From assembly GCA_035553775.1 (NCBI GenBank), contig DATMJR010000306.1:1-30534 (forward strand): a stretch of 30,534 bases of DNA. Direction: 5' to 3'. Under the pieces are notes generated by a model, which saw only the letters and a program-made list of their open reading frames with translations, ran no database searches and had not been told where the DNA came from. This document shows positions 1-8,111 of this stretch, one piece after another. The position numbers were made by a program, and so were the translations under genes. Position 1 is the stretch's first letter. The number at the start of each line of letters is the position of its first letter. Source of the stretch: Miltoncostaeaceae bacterium. Lineage in GTDB: Bacteria > Actinomycetota > Thermoleophilia > Miltoncostaeales > Miltoncostaeaceae.

Positions 1-1
1 G

Positions 2-139
2 GTGCCCCGCTACATCCGCTTCGTCGATTCGCTGCCCAAGACCCCGACCGAGCGCGTCCAGAAGGTGAAGCTGCGCGAGCAGGGCATCACCGAGGACACC
101 TTCGACCGCGAGGCCGCCGGCATCACGATCAAGCGTTAG
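2..139 (+). CDS. 3' end of an AMP-binding acyl-CoA synthetase (CaiC-like CoA ligase), 5'-truncated by the window
   Basis: Frame from nt 2 reads VPRYIRFVDSLPKTPTERVQKVKLREQGITEDTFDREAAGITIKR*. PRY...LPKTPT..QK is the C-terminal A10-type motif of CaiC-like ligases. Confidence 0.8.
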   Translation: MPRYIRFVDSLPKTPTERVQKVKLREQGITEDTFDREAAGITIKR

Positions 140-143
140 CCCA

Positions 144-1133
144 GTGGCCGATCTCCTTCGCTACGGGGCGTACCTGCCGAAGTACCGCACCCCCCTCGGG
201 GAGCTGCAGAGCTTCTACGGTCGCCCCGGCCGCCCCCGGGCCAAGACCCTGTCGACGCCCGCGCTCGACGAGGACACCCTCACCATGGCCTATGAGGCCG
301 CCGTCGAGGCGATCGGCGACGGCCCGGCCCCCCAGGCGCTCATCAGCGTGTGCATGTCGCCCCCGTTCGGCCTGCGCAAGCTGTCGGCGACCCTGGCGCG
401 GGCGCTCGGCGTCGGCGATGAGACGATCCCGTACGACCTGGCCGGGCACCCGGGCAGCATGCTGGACGCCTTCGCCCTGGCCGAGTCGCTGTCGGCCTCC
501 GGCGACCGGCCGGTGCTGGTGGTGGCGAGCGACCACCAGGTCTCCTACGAGGAGCGCGTCTGCGACACGCTCTCGGCCGGCGGTGCGGCGGCGTTCCTGA
601 TCGGCGCCTCGGGTGGCTTCGCCCGTCTGGGCCCGTCGGCGCGCGCCGCCCGCGAGGTCTACGACGTATGGCTGCTCGGTCATGAGCCCGAGGCGCGCTA
701 CCGGCTGGAGGTGCTGTTCGACGCCTACCAGTCGGCCGCCCAGGGGGCCTTCGCCGCCCTCGAGCGGCTCACCGAACGCCCGGCCTCGGGGTACGTGGCC
801 GTGGCCGCCAGCCAGCCCCATCCCCAGACCCTGCGCGGCCTCGGCCGCCTGGGCGTGGGGGCCGAGCAGCTGGCCCACACCAGCTTCGTGGGCGAGATCG
901 GCAACCTCGGGGCCGCGTCGGTGGGCGTCGCGCTCGCCATGGCACTCGACACCGCCCAGCCGGGGCAGCATGTCCTTGCCTTCGGCTACGGTGCGGGCGA
1001 GGGGATCGCGCAGGCGCTCGAGGTCACCTCCGCGCCGCCCGCGATCGGCGCCGCCGACCGGGTCGGTGGCGAGTCCATCGCCCTCGGCACCTATTACCGC
1101 TGGACCCGCGGCCGCCAGGCCGAACCCCACTAG
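144..1133 (+). CDS. HMG-CoA synthase/KAS III-fold protein lacking the catalytic triad (PhlA-like)
   Basis: Family motifs present: YGAYLPKYR, DEDTLTMAYEAA, GAAAFLI, IGNLGAAS, FGYGAG. The catalytic Glu, Cys and His positions read VCMSPPF, DLAGHPGS and ASQP. GTG start. Confidence 0.8.
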   Translation: MADLLRYGAYLPKYRTPLGELQSFYGRPGRPRAKTLSTPALDEDTLTMAYEAAVEAIGDGPAPQALISVCMSPPFGLRKLSATLARALGVGDETIPYDLAGHPGSMLDAFALAESLSASGDRPVLVVASDHQVSYEERVCDTLSAGGAAAFLIGASGGFARLGPSARAAREVYDVWLLGHEPEARYRLEVLFDAYQSAAQGAFAALERLTERPASGYVAVAASQPHPQTLRGLGRLGVGAEQLAHTSFVGEIGNLGAASVGVALAMALDTAQPGQHVLAFGYGAGEGIAQALEVTSAPPAIGAADRVGGESIALGTYYRWTRGRQAEPH

Positions 1134-1141
1134 GAGTCCAC

Positions 1142-2314
1142 ATGCGCGTCGGCGTTCTCGGGATCGGAAAGACCCCGCACAAGATCCAGCACGGCAAGAG
1201 CCTGCGTGACCTGATCGTCGAGTCCGGCCGCAAGGCCATCGACGACGCCGGGGTGAGCCCGGCCGACATCCAGATGCTGTACGTCGGCAACGTGGGCTCG
1301 GTCGGCTTCAACTACGAGAACTCCACCGGCCTGATGGCCGCCCACCACCTCGGGGTGGTGCCGGCCGGCGCGGTGCGCGTGGAGGCCGCCTGCGGTACGG
1401 GCGCCTGGGCGCTGCACCTGGGCGTGGTGGCGATCGCCTCGGGCCTCTACGACACCGTGATGGTGGTCGGCGCCGAGAAGATGAACGACCTGGCGACGGT
1501 CGAGGGGACCTCGATCATCGCCCAGGCGGCCGACTCCAAGGAGGAGTACTTCTCGGGGCTCACCTTCCCGTCGGGGGTGGCGCTGACGGCACGCAAGTAC
1601 ATGCAGACCTACGGGCTGACCGAGGAGGACCTCGCCCACACCTCGGTCAAGAACCACCACTACGGCGCGCGCAACCCCTACGCCCACCTGCGCTTCGAGT
1701 GCACGGTGGAGGAGGTGATGCGCTCGGCCAAGGTGGCGGATCCCCTGAAGCTGTACGAGGTCTGCCCGATGACCGACGCCTCGTCGGCGCTGATCCTGTG
1801 CCGGGAGGAGATCCTGCGCGACCAGCCCGACAAGCCGCAGGTGTACATCACGGCCACCTCGATGGCGTCGGGCACCTGGTACGCGGCCACCGACACCCTC
1901 GAGGACGCCCACCGGCTGTTCTCCGAGCCCGCCGAGAGGGCGTACGCGATGGCGGGCGTCGCGGCGGGCGACGTCGACGTGGCCGAGATCTACAACTCGT
2001 TCGCGATCCAGGAGCCGCTCGGCATCGAGGGCCTCGGGTTCGCCGCGCCGGGCAAGGGCTGGCAGGGCGCCGCCGACGGCTCGACATGGATCGACGGGCA
2101 GGTGGGCGTCAACCTCTCCGGCGGCCTGCTGTGCAAGGGCCACCCGCTGGGGGCGACCGGCTCCAGCCAGGCGGTCGACATCGTCGAGCAGCTGCGTGGC
2201 ACGGCGCCCAAGGACATCCAGCGCGCCGACGCCGAGATCGGGATCTCGGCCTGCCGCGGCGGCCCGGGGGCGGTCGGCGCGATCCACGTGTACCAGCGCC
2301 TGGAGGGCGAGTGA
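1142..2314 (+). CDS. Thiolase, SCP2/archaeal type (PhlC/Ltp2-like family)
   Basis: EAACGTG (nucleophile Cys), VVGAEKM, KNHHYGARNPYAH, SGGLLCKGHPLGATG; RBS AGGAG upstream. Confidence 0.92.
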   Translation: MRVGVLGIGKTPHKIQHGKSLRDLIVESGRKAIDDAGVSPADIQMLYVGNVGSVGFNYENSTGLMAAHHLGVVPAGAVRVEAACGTGAWALHLGVVAIASGLYDTVMVVGAEKMNDLATVEGTSIIAQAADSKEEYFSGLTFPSGVALTARKYMQTYGLTEEDLAHTSVKNHHYGARNPYAHLRFECTVEEVMRSAKVADPLKLYEVCPMTDASSALILCREEILRDQPDKPQVYITATSMASGTWYAATDTLEDAHRLFSEPAERAYAMAGVAAGDVDVAEIYNSFAIQEPLGIEGLGFAAPGKGWQGAADGSTWIDGQVGVNLSGGLLCKGHPLGATGSSQAVDIVEQLRGTAPKDIQRADAEIGISACRGGPGAVGAIHVYQRLEGE

Positions 2315-2315
2315 G

Positions 2316-2765
2316 ATGACCGTCTCGGCGATCGAGTTCTCGCGGCTCGGGCCGCCGAAGCTGCGCCTGTACGCGATGCGCTGTGCGCGCTGCGAGACCC
2401 TGAGCCCCTGGTGGGAGAAGTACCACTGCTACGCCTGCGGGGGCGGGGAGCTCGTCGCGCAGGAGCTCAAGGGCACCGGTGAGCTCAGCAACTACACGGT
2501 GGTCTACTACCCGCCGCGCGACTTCCTCGGCCAGGAGCCGTACGTGGTCGGCCACATCACCATGGACGAGGGCGTGCTGCTGCCCGCACCCGTGGTCGAC
2601 ACGGCCCTCGAGGACGTCAAGGTGGGCACGCGCGTCAAGGCCACCCTGCGACGCATGAAGCTCGGCCACGAGGGCGACATCTACTACTCCCAGAAGTTCG
2701 TGGTCGACCCCGACGCGCCCGCGCCGGCGGGTCCCGAGGCGCCCATCCCCGACGGGGCCGAGTAG
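2316..2765 (+). CDS. DUF35 Zn-ribbon/OB-fold protein (PhlB/ChsH2-C-like)
   Basis: CARC...CYAC zinc ribbon, GELSNYTVV, PYVVG, VKVGTRVKATLRR...IYYSQKF. ATG lies 1 nt after the thiolase stop; the track ORF from 2196 is over-extended. Confidence 0.9.
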   Translation: MTVSAIEFSRLGPPKLRLYAMRCARCETLSPWWEKYHCYACGGGELVAQELKGTGELSNYTVVYYPPRDFLGQEPYVVGHITMDEGVLLPAPVVDTALEDVKVGTRVKATLRRMKLGHEGDIYYSQKFVVDPDAPAPAGPEAPIPDGAE

Positions 2766-2768
2766 GAG

Positions 2769-3563
2769 CTACCAGACCTCCATCCCGCCGTCGCAGGCCA
2801 GTACATGGCCGGTGACGAACGCGGCGGCGGGGGAGGCCAGGAACACCGCGAGGCCGGCGATGTCGCGCGCCTCACCCGCGCGCGCCAGCGGCGTCCGCGC
2901 GATCAGGGCCTGCAGGCGCGCCGGGTCGGCCACCAGGGGCGCGTTCAGGGCGGTGGGGAAGAACCCGGGGGCGATCGCGTTGACCCGCACGCCGCGCGGC
3001 GCCCACTGGCGCGCGAGCTCGCGGGTCAGTTGCTCGACAGCCCCCTTGCTGGCGGTGTAGGCGGCCACCCCGGCGCCCGTGCCGGCGCGCCGGCCGAGGA
3101 TGGAGCTCATCGTGATCACCCAGCCGCCGCCGTCCATGGCCGCGACGGCCTCGCGGGCGAGCGCCATCGGGGCGACCACGTTGACCTCGAGCACGTCGCG
3201 GAACGCCTCCAGGTCCTCATGCTCGGCGGGGCCGATCGCCATCGCGCCCGCGTTCAGCACGACGCCGTCGAGCCGGCCGAACTCCTCACGGGCGCGGGCC
3301 ACGAGGCGGGTGGCGTGGCCGGGGTCGCGGACGTCCCCGGGGACCGCCGCCGCGCGGCCCCCGAGCGCGCGCACCGCGTCGGCGGCCGCCGCGAGGGGAT
3401 CGGCCCGCCGGGCGGTCATCACGAGGGCGCAGCCGGCCTCGGCCAGGCCCCCGCAGATCATGCGCCCGAGGCCGGTGGAGGCACCGGTGACGATCGCGAC
3501 CTGGCCGTCGAGCCGGAACAGCGGCCCGCCGGCGCCGGTCAGGCGGAGGGGTCGCTCGGACAC
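2769..3563 (-). CDS. Short-chain dehydrogenase/reductase (classical SDR)
   Basis: VAIVTGASTGLG, LNAG, SSILG, YTASK, VRVNAIAPG, ITG-type GHVLACDGG. GTG start at 3563 is tentative; the track ORF from 3842 is over-extended. Confidence 0.88.
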   Translation of the reverse strand: MSERPLRLTGAGGPLFRLDGQVAIVTGASTGLGRMICGGLAEAGCALVMTARRADPLAAAADAVRALGGRAAAVPGDVRDPGHATRLVARAREEFGRLDGVVLNAGAMAIGPAEHEDLEAFRDVLEVNVVAPMALAREAVAAMDGGGWVITMSSILGRRAGTGAGVAAYTASKGAVEQLTRELARQWAPRGVRVNAIAPGFFPTALNAPLVADPARLQALIARTPLARAGEARDIAGLAVFLASPAAAFVTGHVLACDGGMEVW

Positions 3564-4300
3564 AGCAGCGGCACCAGGGGGGCGAGCACCTCGGCGGAGG
3601 GCGCGCGCAGCACCAGGCGGGCGTAGCGGTCGTACTGGGTCGGCATCGTCCCGATGATCACCAGCGGCATCCCGCGGGTCAGCGGCACCGACGGCAGCAG
3701 TGAGATCGGGATCGTGCGCAGCGACGAGTCGATCACCAGGAACAGGTCGGCCTCGGCGGCGACCTCCCACGCCCGCGCGACGGCCGCGGAGGGCAGGGGC
3801 TCGCCCCACATCGTCGCGCTGGGGCGCAAGGGATAGGCGCATCCGGGGTGGGTGCAGCGCGGCACCCCGTCGGGCGCCGCCTCCCAGGCGGCGCGCACCT
3901 CGGGCAATCCGTACACCTCGCCGCAGCGCTCGCAGCGCGCGGTGGTGGCGTGCCCGTAGACCTCGATCACGTCCGGGCTGCCCACCCGCAGCTGCAGGCG
4001 GTCGGTGGCCTGGGCGATCACCGTGGAGACGATGCCGGCCCGGCCGAGCGTGGCCAGGGCCGCATGGGCGGGCGTCGGGGTGCGGGCGGCGATCTGCTCG
4101 GCGGCCGGCAGGTAGAAGCGCCAGAAGGCGGCCGGGTCGGTGAGGTACGCCTCCAGGCTCGCCCGCTGCGCCCAGGTCCCGTCGGGGCTCGACAACGACG
4201 GGTCCTCCGCGCCGCCGAGCGCCAATCCGGTCATCGCGACCACCCGGCGACGGGCGAGCAGCAGTCCGGCCAGCGCCTCGTGATCGGACGGAGGGGCCAT
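3539..4300 (-). CDS. Sir2/CobB sirtuin-fold protein with degenerate catalytic motifs
   Basis: C-terminal 253 aa of track ORF 3539..5377. Shows P AAFWRFY, PTPAHAALA, CERC...CTHPGC zinc site, LRP..TMWGE.LP and ADLFLVI.SSL. GAGIS, QNID and HG are replaced. Confidence 0.82.
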   Translation of the reverse strand: MAPPSDHEALAGLLLARRRVVAMTGLALGGAEDPSLSSPDGTWAQRASLEAYLTDPAAFWRFYLPAAEQIAARTPTPAHAALATLGRAGIVSTVIAQATDRLQLRVGSPDVIEVYGHATTARCERCGEVYGLPEVRAAWEAAPDGVPRCTHPGCAYPLRPSATMWGEPLPSAAVARAWEVAAEADLFLVIDSSLRTIPISLLPSVPLTRGMPLVIIGTMPTQYDRYARLVLRAPSAEVLAPLVPLLCPSDPSA

Positions 4301-4314
4301 GGACGCCGCCGATC

Positions 4315-5508
4315 CTATCGTGCGCGGGGCGCGCCTCCGGCGGGCCCGAGCCCGGCGAGGGCGCGGGTGCCCACCCGCGCAGTCCAGAGGCTGCCCGCCG
4401 CGGCGGCGATCGACAGCGCCAGCAGCGCCCAGGTGAGCCCCACCAGATCCGACAGCGCCCCCAGCAGCAGCAGCGGCACCGAGAAGCCGCCCAGGTAGCA
4501 GGCGACGTAGTAGCTGGAGATCAGCTTGCCGCGGTCCTCCACCGGGGCGATCTGCGTGATCAGGTCGAGGCCGCCCTTGAACACCAGCCCGCAGGCGCCG
4601 CCGGTCACGGCGACCGCGGCCAGCACCAGCGGCAGGGATCCGGTGGGCGCCCCCGCCACGACGCCGAACGAGGCCACCGAGGCGACCGCCAGGCCGCCCA
4701 CGATCGCGGGCCGCGGCCGCAGCGCGGGCAGCGCCAGCTGGCTGACGGCCCCGGCCACCAGCACCAGGAATCCCGCGGCGCCGACCAGCGCGTAGTTGTC
4801 GATCTCCAGGGTGCGCACCACGAACACCGGGATCAGCGACAGGGCCACGGCGTCGAACAGCGAGAACAGCATCCCGGAGGGCACCAGCACCCGCCAGAAC
4901 ACCGCCCGCTCGGCGGCGGGCACCCCCAGGCGCAGGCTCAGCGGCCGCGAGGAGCGCTCCTGGACCGTCTCGGGCAGGCTGAGCACGCCCGCCGCCGCGA
5001 TCGCCAGCGCCACCAGGTGGAGCTCGAACGGCAGGCGCAGCGGGTGGTCGGCCCACTCGGCGATCAGGCCCCCGAGCCCCGGCCCGAGCCCCAGGCCCAA
5101 CCGCACCGAAACCGAGCCCAGCGTGGCCACGAACCCGCGCGTGCCAGGCGGCGCCGCGTCGACCAGGAATGCGGTGCACGTGCCGAAGAAGGCCCCGGTC
5201 GCGAAGCCCTGGACCGCGCGGGCGACCAGCAGCCCGGCCAACGGCGGCTCGGTCACCAGGATCACCTGCGCGACGGCGAGCACCCCGATCGCCCCGAGGA
5301 GCACCCGGCGTCGGCCGACGCGGTCCGACAGCTGCCCGAGCAGCAGCATCGAGGGCACCAGCGCGGCCACATAGCACCCGAGAAACAGGGTCACGACCGT
5401 GTCGCCGAAGCGCAGGCGGTCCTGGTAGAGGGGGATGAGGGGCGTGATCAGGCTGGTGCCGATCGCGAACAGCACCAGCACCATCCAGGTGCGCCAGACC
5501 CGGCTCAT
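4315..5508 (-). CDS. MFS transporter
   Basis: About 12 hydrophobic segments and MFS motif A GQLSDRVGRRRVL. ATG at 5508 overlaps the upstream TGA (ATGA). Confidence 0.9.
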   Translation of the reverse strand: MSRVWRTWMVLVLFAIGTSLITPLIPLYQDRLRFGDTVVTLFLGCYVAALVPSMLLLGQLSDRVGRRRVLLGAIGVLAVAQVILVTEPPLAGLLVARAVQGFATGAFFGTCTAFLVDAAPPGTRGFVATLGSVSVRLGLGLGPGLGGLIAEWADHPLRLPFELHLVALAIAAAGVLSLPETVQERSSRPLSLRLGVPAAERAVFWRVLVPSGMLFSLFDAVALSLIPVFVVRTLEIDNYALVGAAGFLVLVAGAVSQLALPALRPRPAIVGGLAVASVASFGVVAGAPTGSLPLVLAAVAVTGGACGLVFKGGLDLITQIAPVEDRGKLISSYYVACYLGGFSVPLLLLGALSDLVGLTWALLALSIAAAAGSLWTARVGTRALAGLGPAGGAPRAR

Positions 5509-6323
5509 CCGGACATCACCCAGCACTCCCAGCCGCCCCGGCGGACGACCGCCTGCACGCGCAGGCCCCGGGCGCGGTACAGGTCGGCGACCCGCCGCCC
5601 CTGGCCGGGGCGGAGACCCGACAGGACCGCCGCACGCGGGTGTGCATGCATGCATGCATCCAACGCCAGGTGACCCGCGAGGGGCAGGTTGGCGAGCAGC
5701 ACCGCCCCCCCGACCCCGGGTGCGAGGGCCTCCGCCGGCGCCGCGCGCAGCTCGGCCGTCCCCGCCAGGCCCGCGGCCGCCAGGCATGCGCGGGCATGGG
5801 CGACGGCGCCGGGGTCCAGATCCACCGCGCGCACCGGGCCGCGCCCCAGGCGTAGCCAGGCCTGCGTGAGCAGACCGGCGCCGCAGCCGACGTCGAGCGC
5901 CGGTCCCCGCGGCAGGCGCGCGAGCGCCGCCAGGCACATGGCGGTGGTGACGTGGCCGACCGGGCCGAAGCCCTCGCCGGGGGTCACCAGCAGCTCGCGC
6001 ACGCCCGGGGGCGCCGCGGCGTGACCCGGGGAGCGCAGGTACCAGCCGCCCAGCCAGGCGGCGGGCGGATCGGGCCAGCCCGGCACCCGCTCCAGGTGGG
6101 TGACCGGCACCGGGCAGCGCCGCAGGGCGGCGCCCGCCTGCTCGCCGCCGGCGCGGGGGGCGCACACGAGCCCGTCCGCCTGCCAGGCCACCGGCTGCAG
6201 GGGCGCCAGCGCCGGCCACACGCGCGCCAGGGCGGCCGGCGCGCCGGCGATGTGCAGCCCCGGAGGCAGCGGCAGGGGGCCGGTAGGGTCCGCCCCGATG
6301 GGGGATCCGGCGGAGGCGGTCAC
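5505..6323 (-). CDS. PrmA-like class I SAM-dependent methyltransferase, divergent; start uncertain
   Basis: PGEGFGPVGHVTTAMCL resembles PrmA PG.AFGTG.H.TT.LCL; also LDVGCGAG, VDLDP.AV, LANL, VLSGL. Confidence 0.7.
   Translation of the reverse strand: MTASAGSPIGADPTGPLPLPPGLHIAGAPAALARVWPALAPLQPVAWQADGLVCAPRAGGEQAGAALRRCPVPVTHLERVPGWPDPPAAWLGGWYLRSPGHAAAPPGVRELLVTPGEGFGPVGHVTTAMCLAALARLPRGPALDVGCGAGLLTQAWLRLGRGPVRAVDLDPGAVAHARACLAAAGLAGTAELRAAPAEALAPGVGGAVLLANLPLAGHLALDACMHAHPRAAVLSGLRPGQGRRVADLYRARGLRVQAVVRRGGWECWVMSG
5643..5659. repeat. (TGCA)4 tetranucleotide tandem repeat inside the methyltransferase CDS
   Basis: Sequence tgcatgcatgcatgcat read directly. Confidence 0.85.
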
Positions 6324-7620
6324 GCGTGCGGCGGCGGCGGGCTCGGCCGTCACGGCCATGTCCCTGGACGCACGGCTGGCCTGCGCCGCCCGCTCACGGG
6401 CGCTCCTGGCCGCGGCGGCCGACGCGGTCGTGGATGCGGCGGTGGCCGAGGCGGGTACGCCCCGCCGGTTCGCCCGGCGCGAGGTGGACTCGGCGCTCGG
6501 GCTGCTCGACGCCCTGCCGGCCCTGGCCGAGGCGATCCGCCCGCGCGCGGTGCCCGCGGCGTCCGGCACCACCACGCTCGAGTGGATGCCCTTCGGGGTG
6601 GTGTTCGGCTGGCACGCGGCCAACTCGCCCGTGTGGGTCCCGACGCTGGTCGCGTCGTCGGCGCTGGCCGGGGGCAACACGGTGGTCTGCCGTCCCTCGC
6701 GTCGCTGCCGGCGCACCACCGGGGTGGTGCTCGCGGCGCTGGCGGCCGCCTGGCCCGCCGACGCCCTGGTGGTGCTGGACGACCCCGACCCGGTGCGCGG
6801 CGAGGCGCTGATCGGCCATCCCGAGGTGGGCGCGGTCGTCGCGCACGCCTCCACCGCCACCTGCCGGCGCCACCTGGCACGGCTCGCCGAGGCCTGCGCC
6901 GCCGGCGCCCCGCTGCGCCCCTACATCCCCGAGGCCTCGGGCAACGACGCGATGATCGTGCTGCCCGGTGCCGACCCCGCCCGGGTGGCCGAGGCCGTCG
7001 CGCTCGGGGGGTACGCCAACGCCGGCCAGCTGTGCATGTCGGCCAAGCGGCTGATCGTGGACCGCACCGCATGGCCGGATCTGCGCGGGCCCCTTGCCGC
7101 GGCGATCGGCGCCCTGGTGGTGGGCGACCCCGACGACGAGCGCACGGACATCGGGCCGCTGGCCGAGGGACCGGCACGGACGCAGGCGCGCGCCGCGCTC
7201 GCCGAGGCGCGCGCGGCCGGGGGTGAGCTGGTGGTGGGGGAGGGGGAGCGCGGCGGCCTGTTCACGCCCACGCTGGTGCTGCTGCCCCGCCCGGTCCACG
7301 CCGCGCTGATGCTCTGGCGCGAAGAGGTGTTCGCGCCGCTGCGCTCGGTGGTGCTGGCCGACGGCCCCGAGGACGCGCTGGCGCTCGCCAACGACAGCGT
7401 CTACGGGCTCGGGGCGTCCGTGTTCGGCGGCGCCGGCGCGGCGCGCGACCGGGTGGTCGCCGGGCTGCGGGCGGCGCGGGTGGTGGTCGACGAGGGGCCG
7501 CTCTACCAGGACGCCCACCTGGTGGTGGGCGGGGTGGGCGACAGCGGCCTGGCGGGCGCCCGTCCCAAGATCGAGCAGCTGGTGTGGGCGCGCCGCACCC
7601 ATCGCGCCGCCGGGGGCTAG
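6298..7620 (+). CDS. Aldehyde dehydrogenase-fold protein, divergent
   Basis: PFGVV..WHAANSP, PEASGNDA (Glu), NAGQLCMS (Cys), EEVFAP, ANDSVYGLGASVF, GGVGDSG. ATG 6298 lies 8 nt after a TAGGGT -10-like hexamer (possibly leaderless); ATG 6358 is an alternative start. Confidence 0.85.
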   Translation: MGDPAEAVTRAAAAGSAVTAMSLDARLACAARSRALLAAAADAVVDAAVAEAGTPRRFARREVDSALGLLDALPALAEAIRPRAVPAASGTTTLEWMPFGVVFGWHAANSPVWVPTLVASSALAGGNTVVCRPSRRCRRTTGVVLAALAAAWPADALVVLDDPDPVRGEALIGHPEVGAVVAHASTATCRRHLARLAEACAAGAPLRPYIPEASGNDAMIVLPGADPARVAEAVALGGYANAGQLCMSAKRLIVDRTAWPDLRGPLAAAIGALVVGDPDDERTDIGPLAEGPARTQARAALAEARAAGGELVVGEGERGGLFTPTLVLLPRPVHAALMLWREEVFAPLRSVVLADGPEDALALANDSVYGLGASVFGGAGAARDRVVAGLRAARVVVDEGPLYQDAHLVVGGVGDSGLAGARPKIEQLVWARRTHRAAGG

Positions 7621-8111
7621 CCGTCGGCGGGCAGCTCGGGCGCGGTGTCGCGCGCGACCGAGCGGACCCGCCAGGCGGGGCGGTAGTGGGGCAGCGCCTG
7701 GACCTCGCGGTGCGCGAGCCGCCGGGCGCTGGCCGCATCGGCGGCCCAGATCTCGCACTCGTGTACGTCGTGGCGCTCGAAGCGGTCCTCGTGTGCCTCC
7801 CAGAGGGCGAAGGTGACCAGGTAACGCCGGGTGCCCGGGGCCCGCGGCGTCAGCGGCCGCAGGACGCCCAGCGACCACACCGACCCCTCGCCGGCGCTGC
7901 GGGTCTCCTCGCGCCGCCGCGTCAGCGCCGCCTCGGCGGCGCGCCGGGCTTGGTCGAGGTCGGCGGCCTCGATGGCCAGCCGCCCGGCGACGCGGGCCCG
8001 CGACGAGCCCGGCGGGCGGCGCAGCAGCGTGACCTCCCAGGCGGGGACGGGGACGGTCACGCGTGCGGTGCGGGCAGGGGCGTGTGCGGGGACCGGCGCC
8101 GGCCGGTGCAT
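7617..8111 (-). CDS. Hypothetical protein with two tandem homologous small domains
   Basis: ATG overlaps the cyclophilin stop (TGATG). Internal repeat WEVTL...IEAADLDQARRAA...W versus YLVTF...IWAADAASARRLA...W. Confidence 0.6.
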   Translation of the reverse strand: MHRPAPVPAHAPARTARVTVPVPAWEVTLLRRPPGSSRARVAGRLAIEAADLDQARRAAEAALTRRREETRSAGEGSVWSLGVLRPLTPRAPGTRRYLVTFALWEAHEDRFERHDVHECEIWAADAASARRLAHREVQALPHYRPAWRVRSVARDTAPELPADG

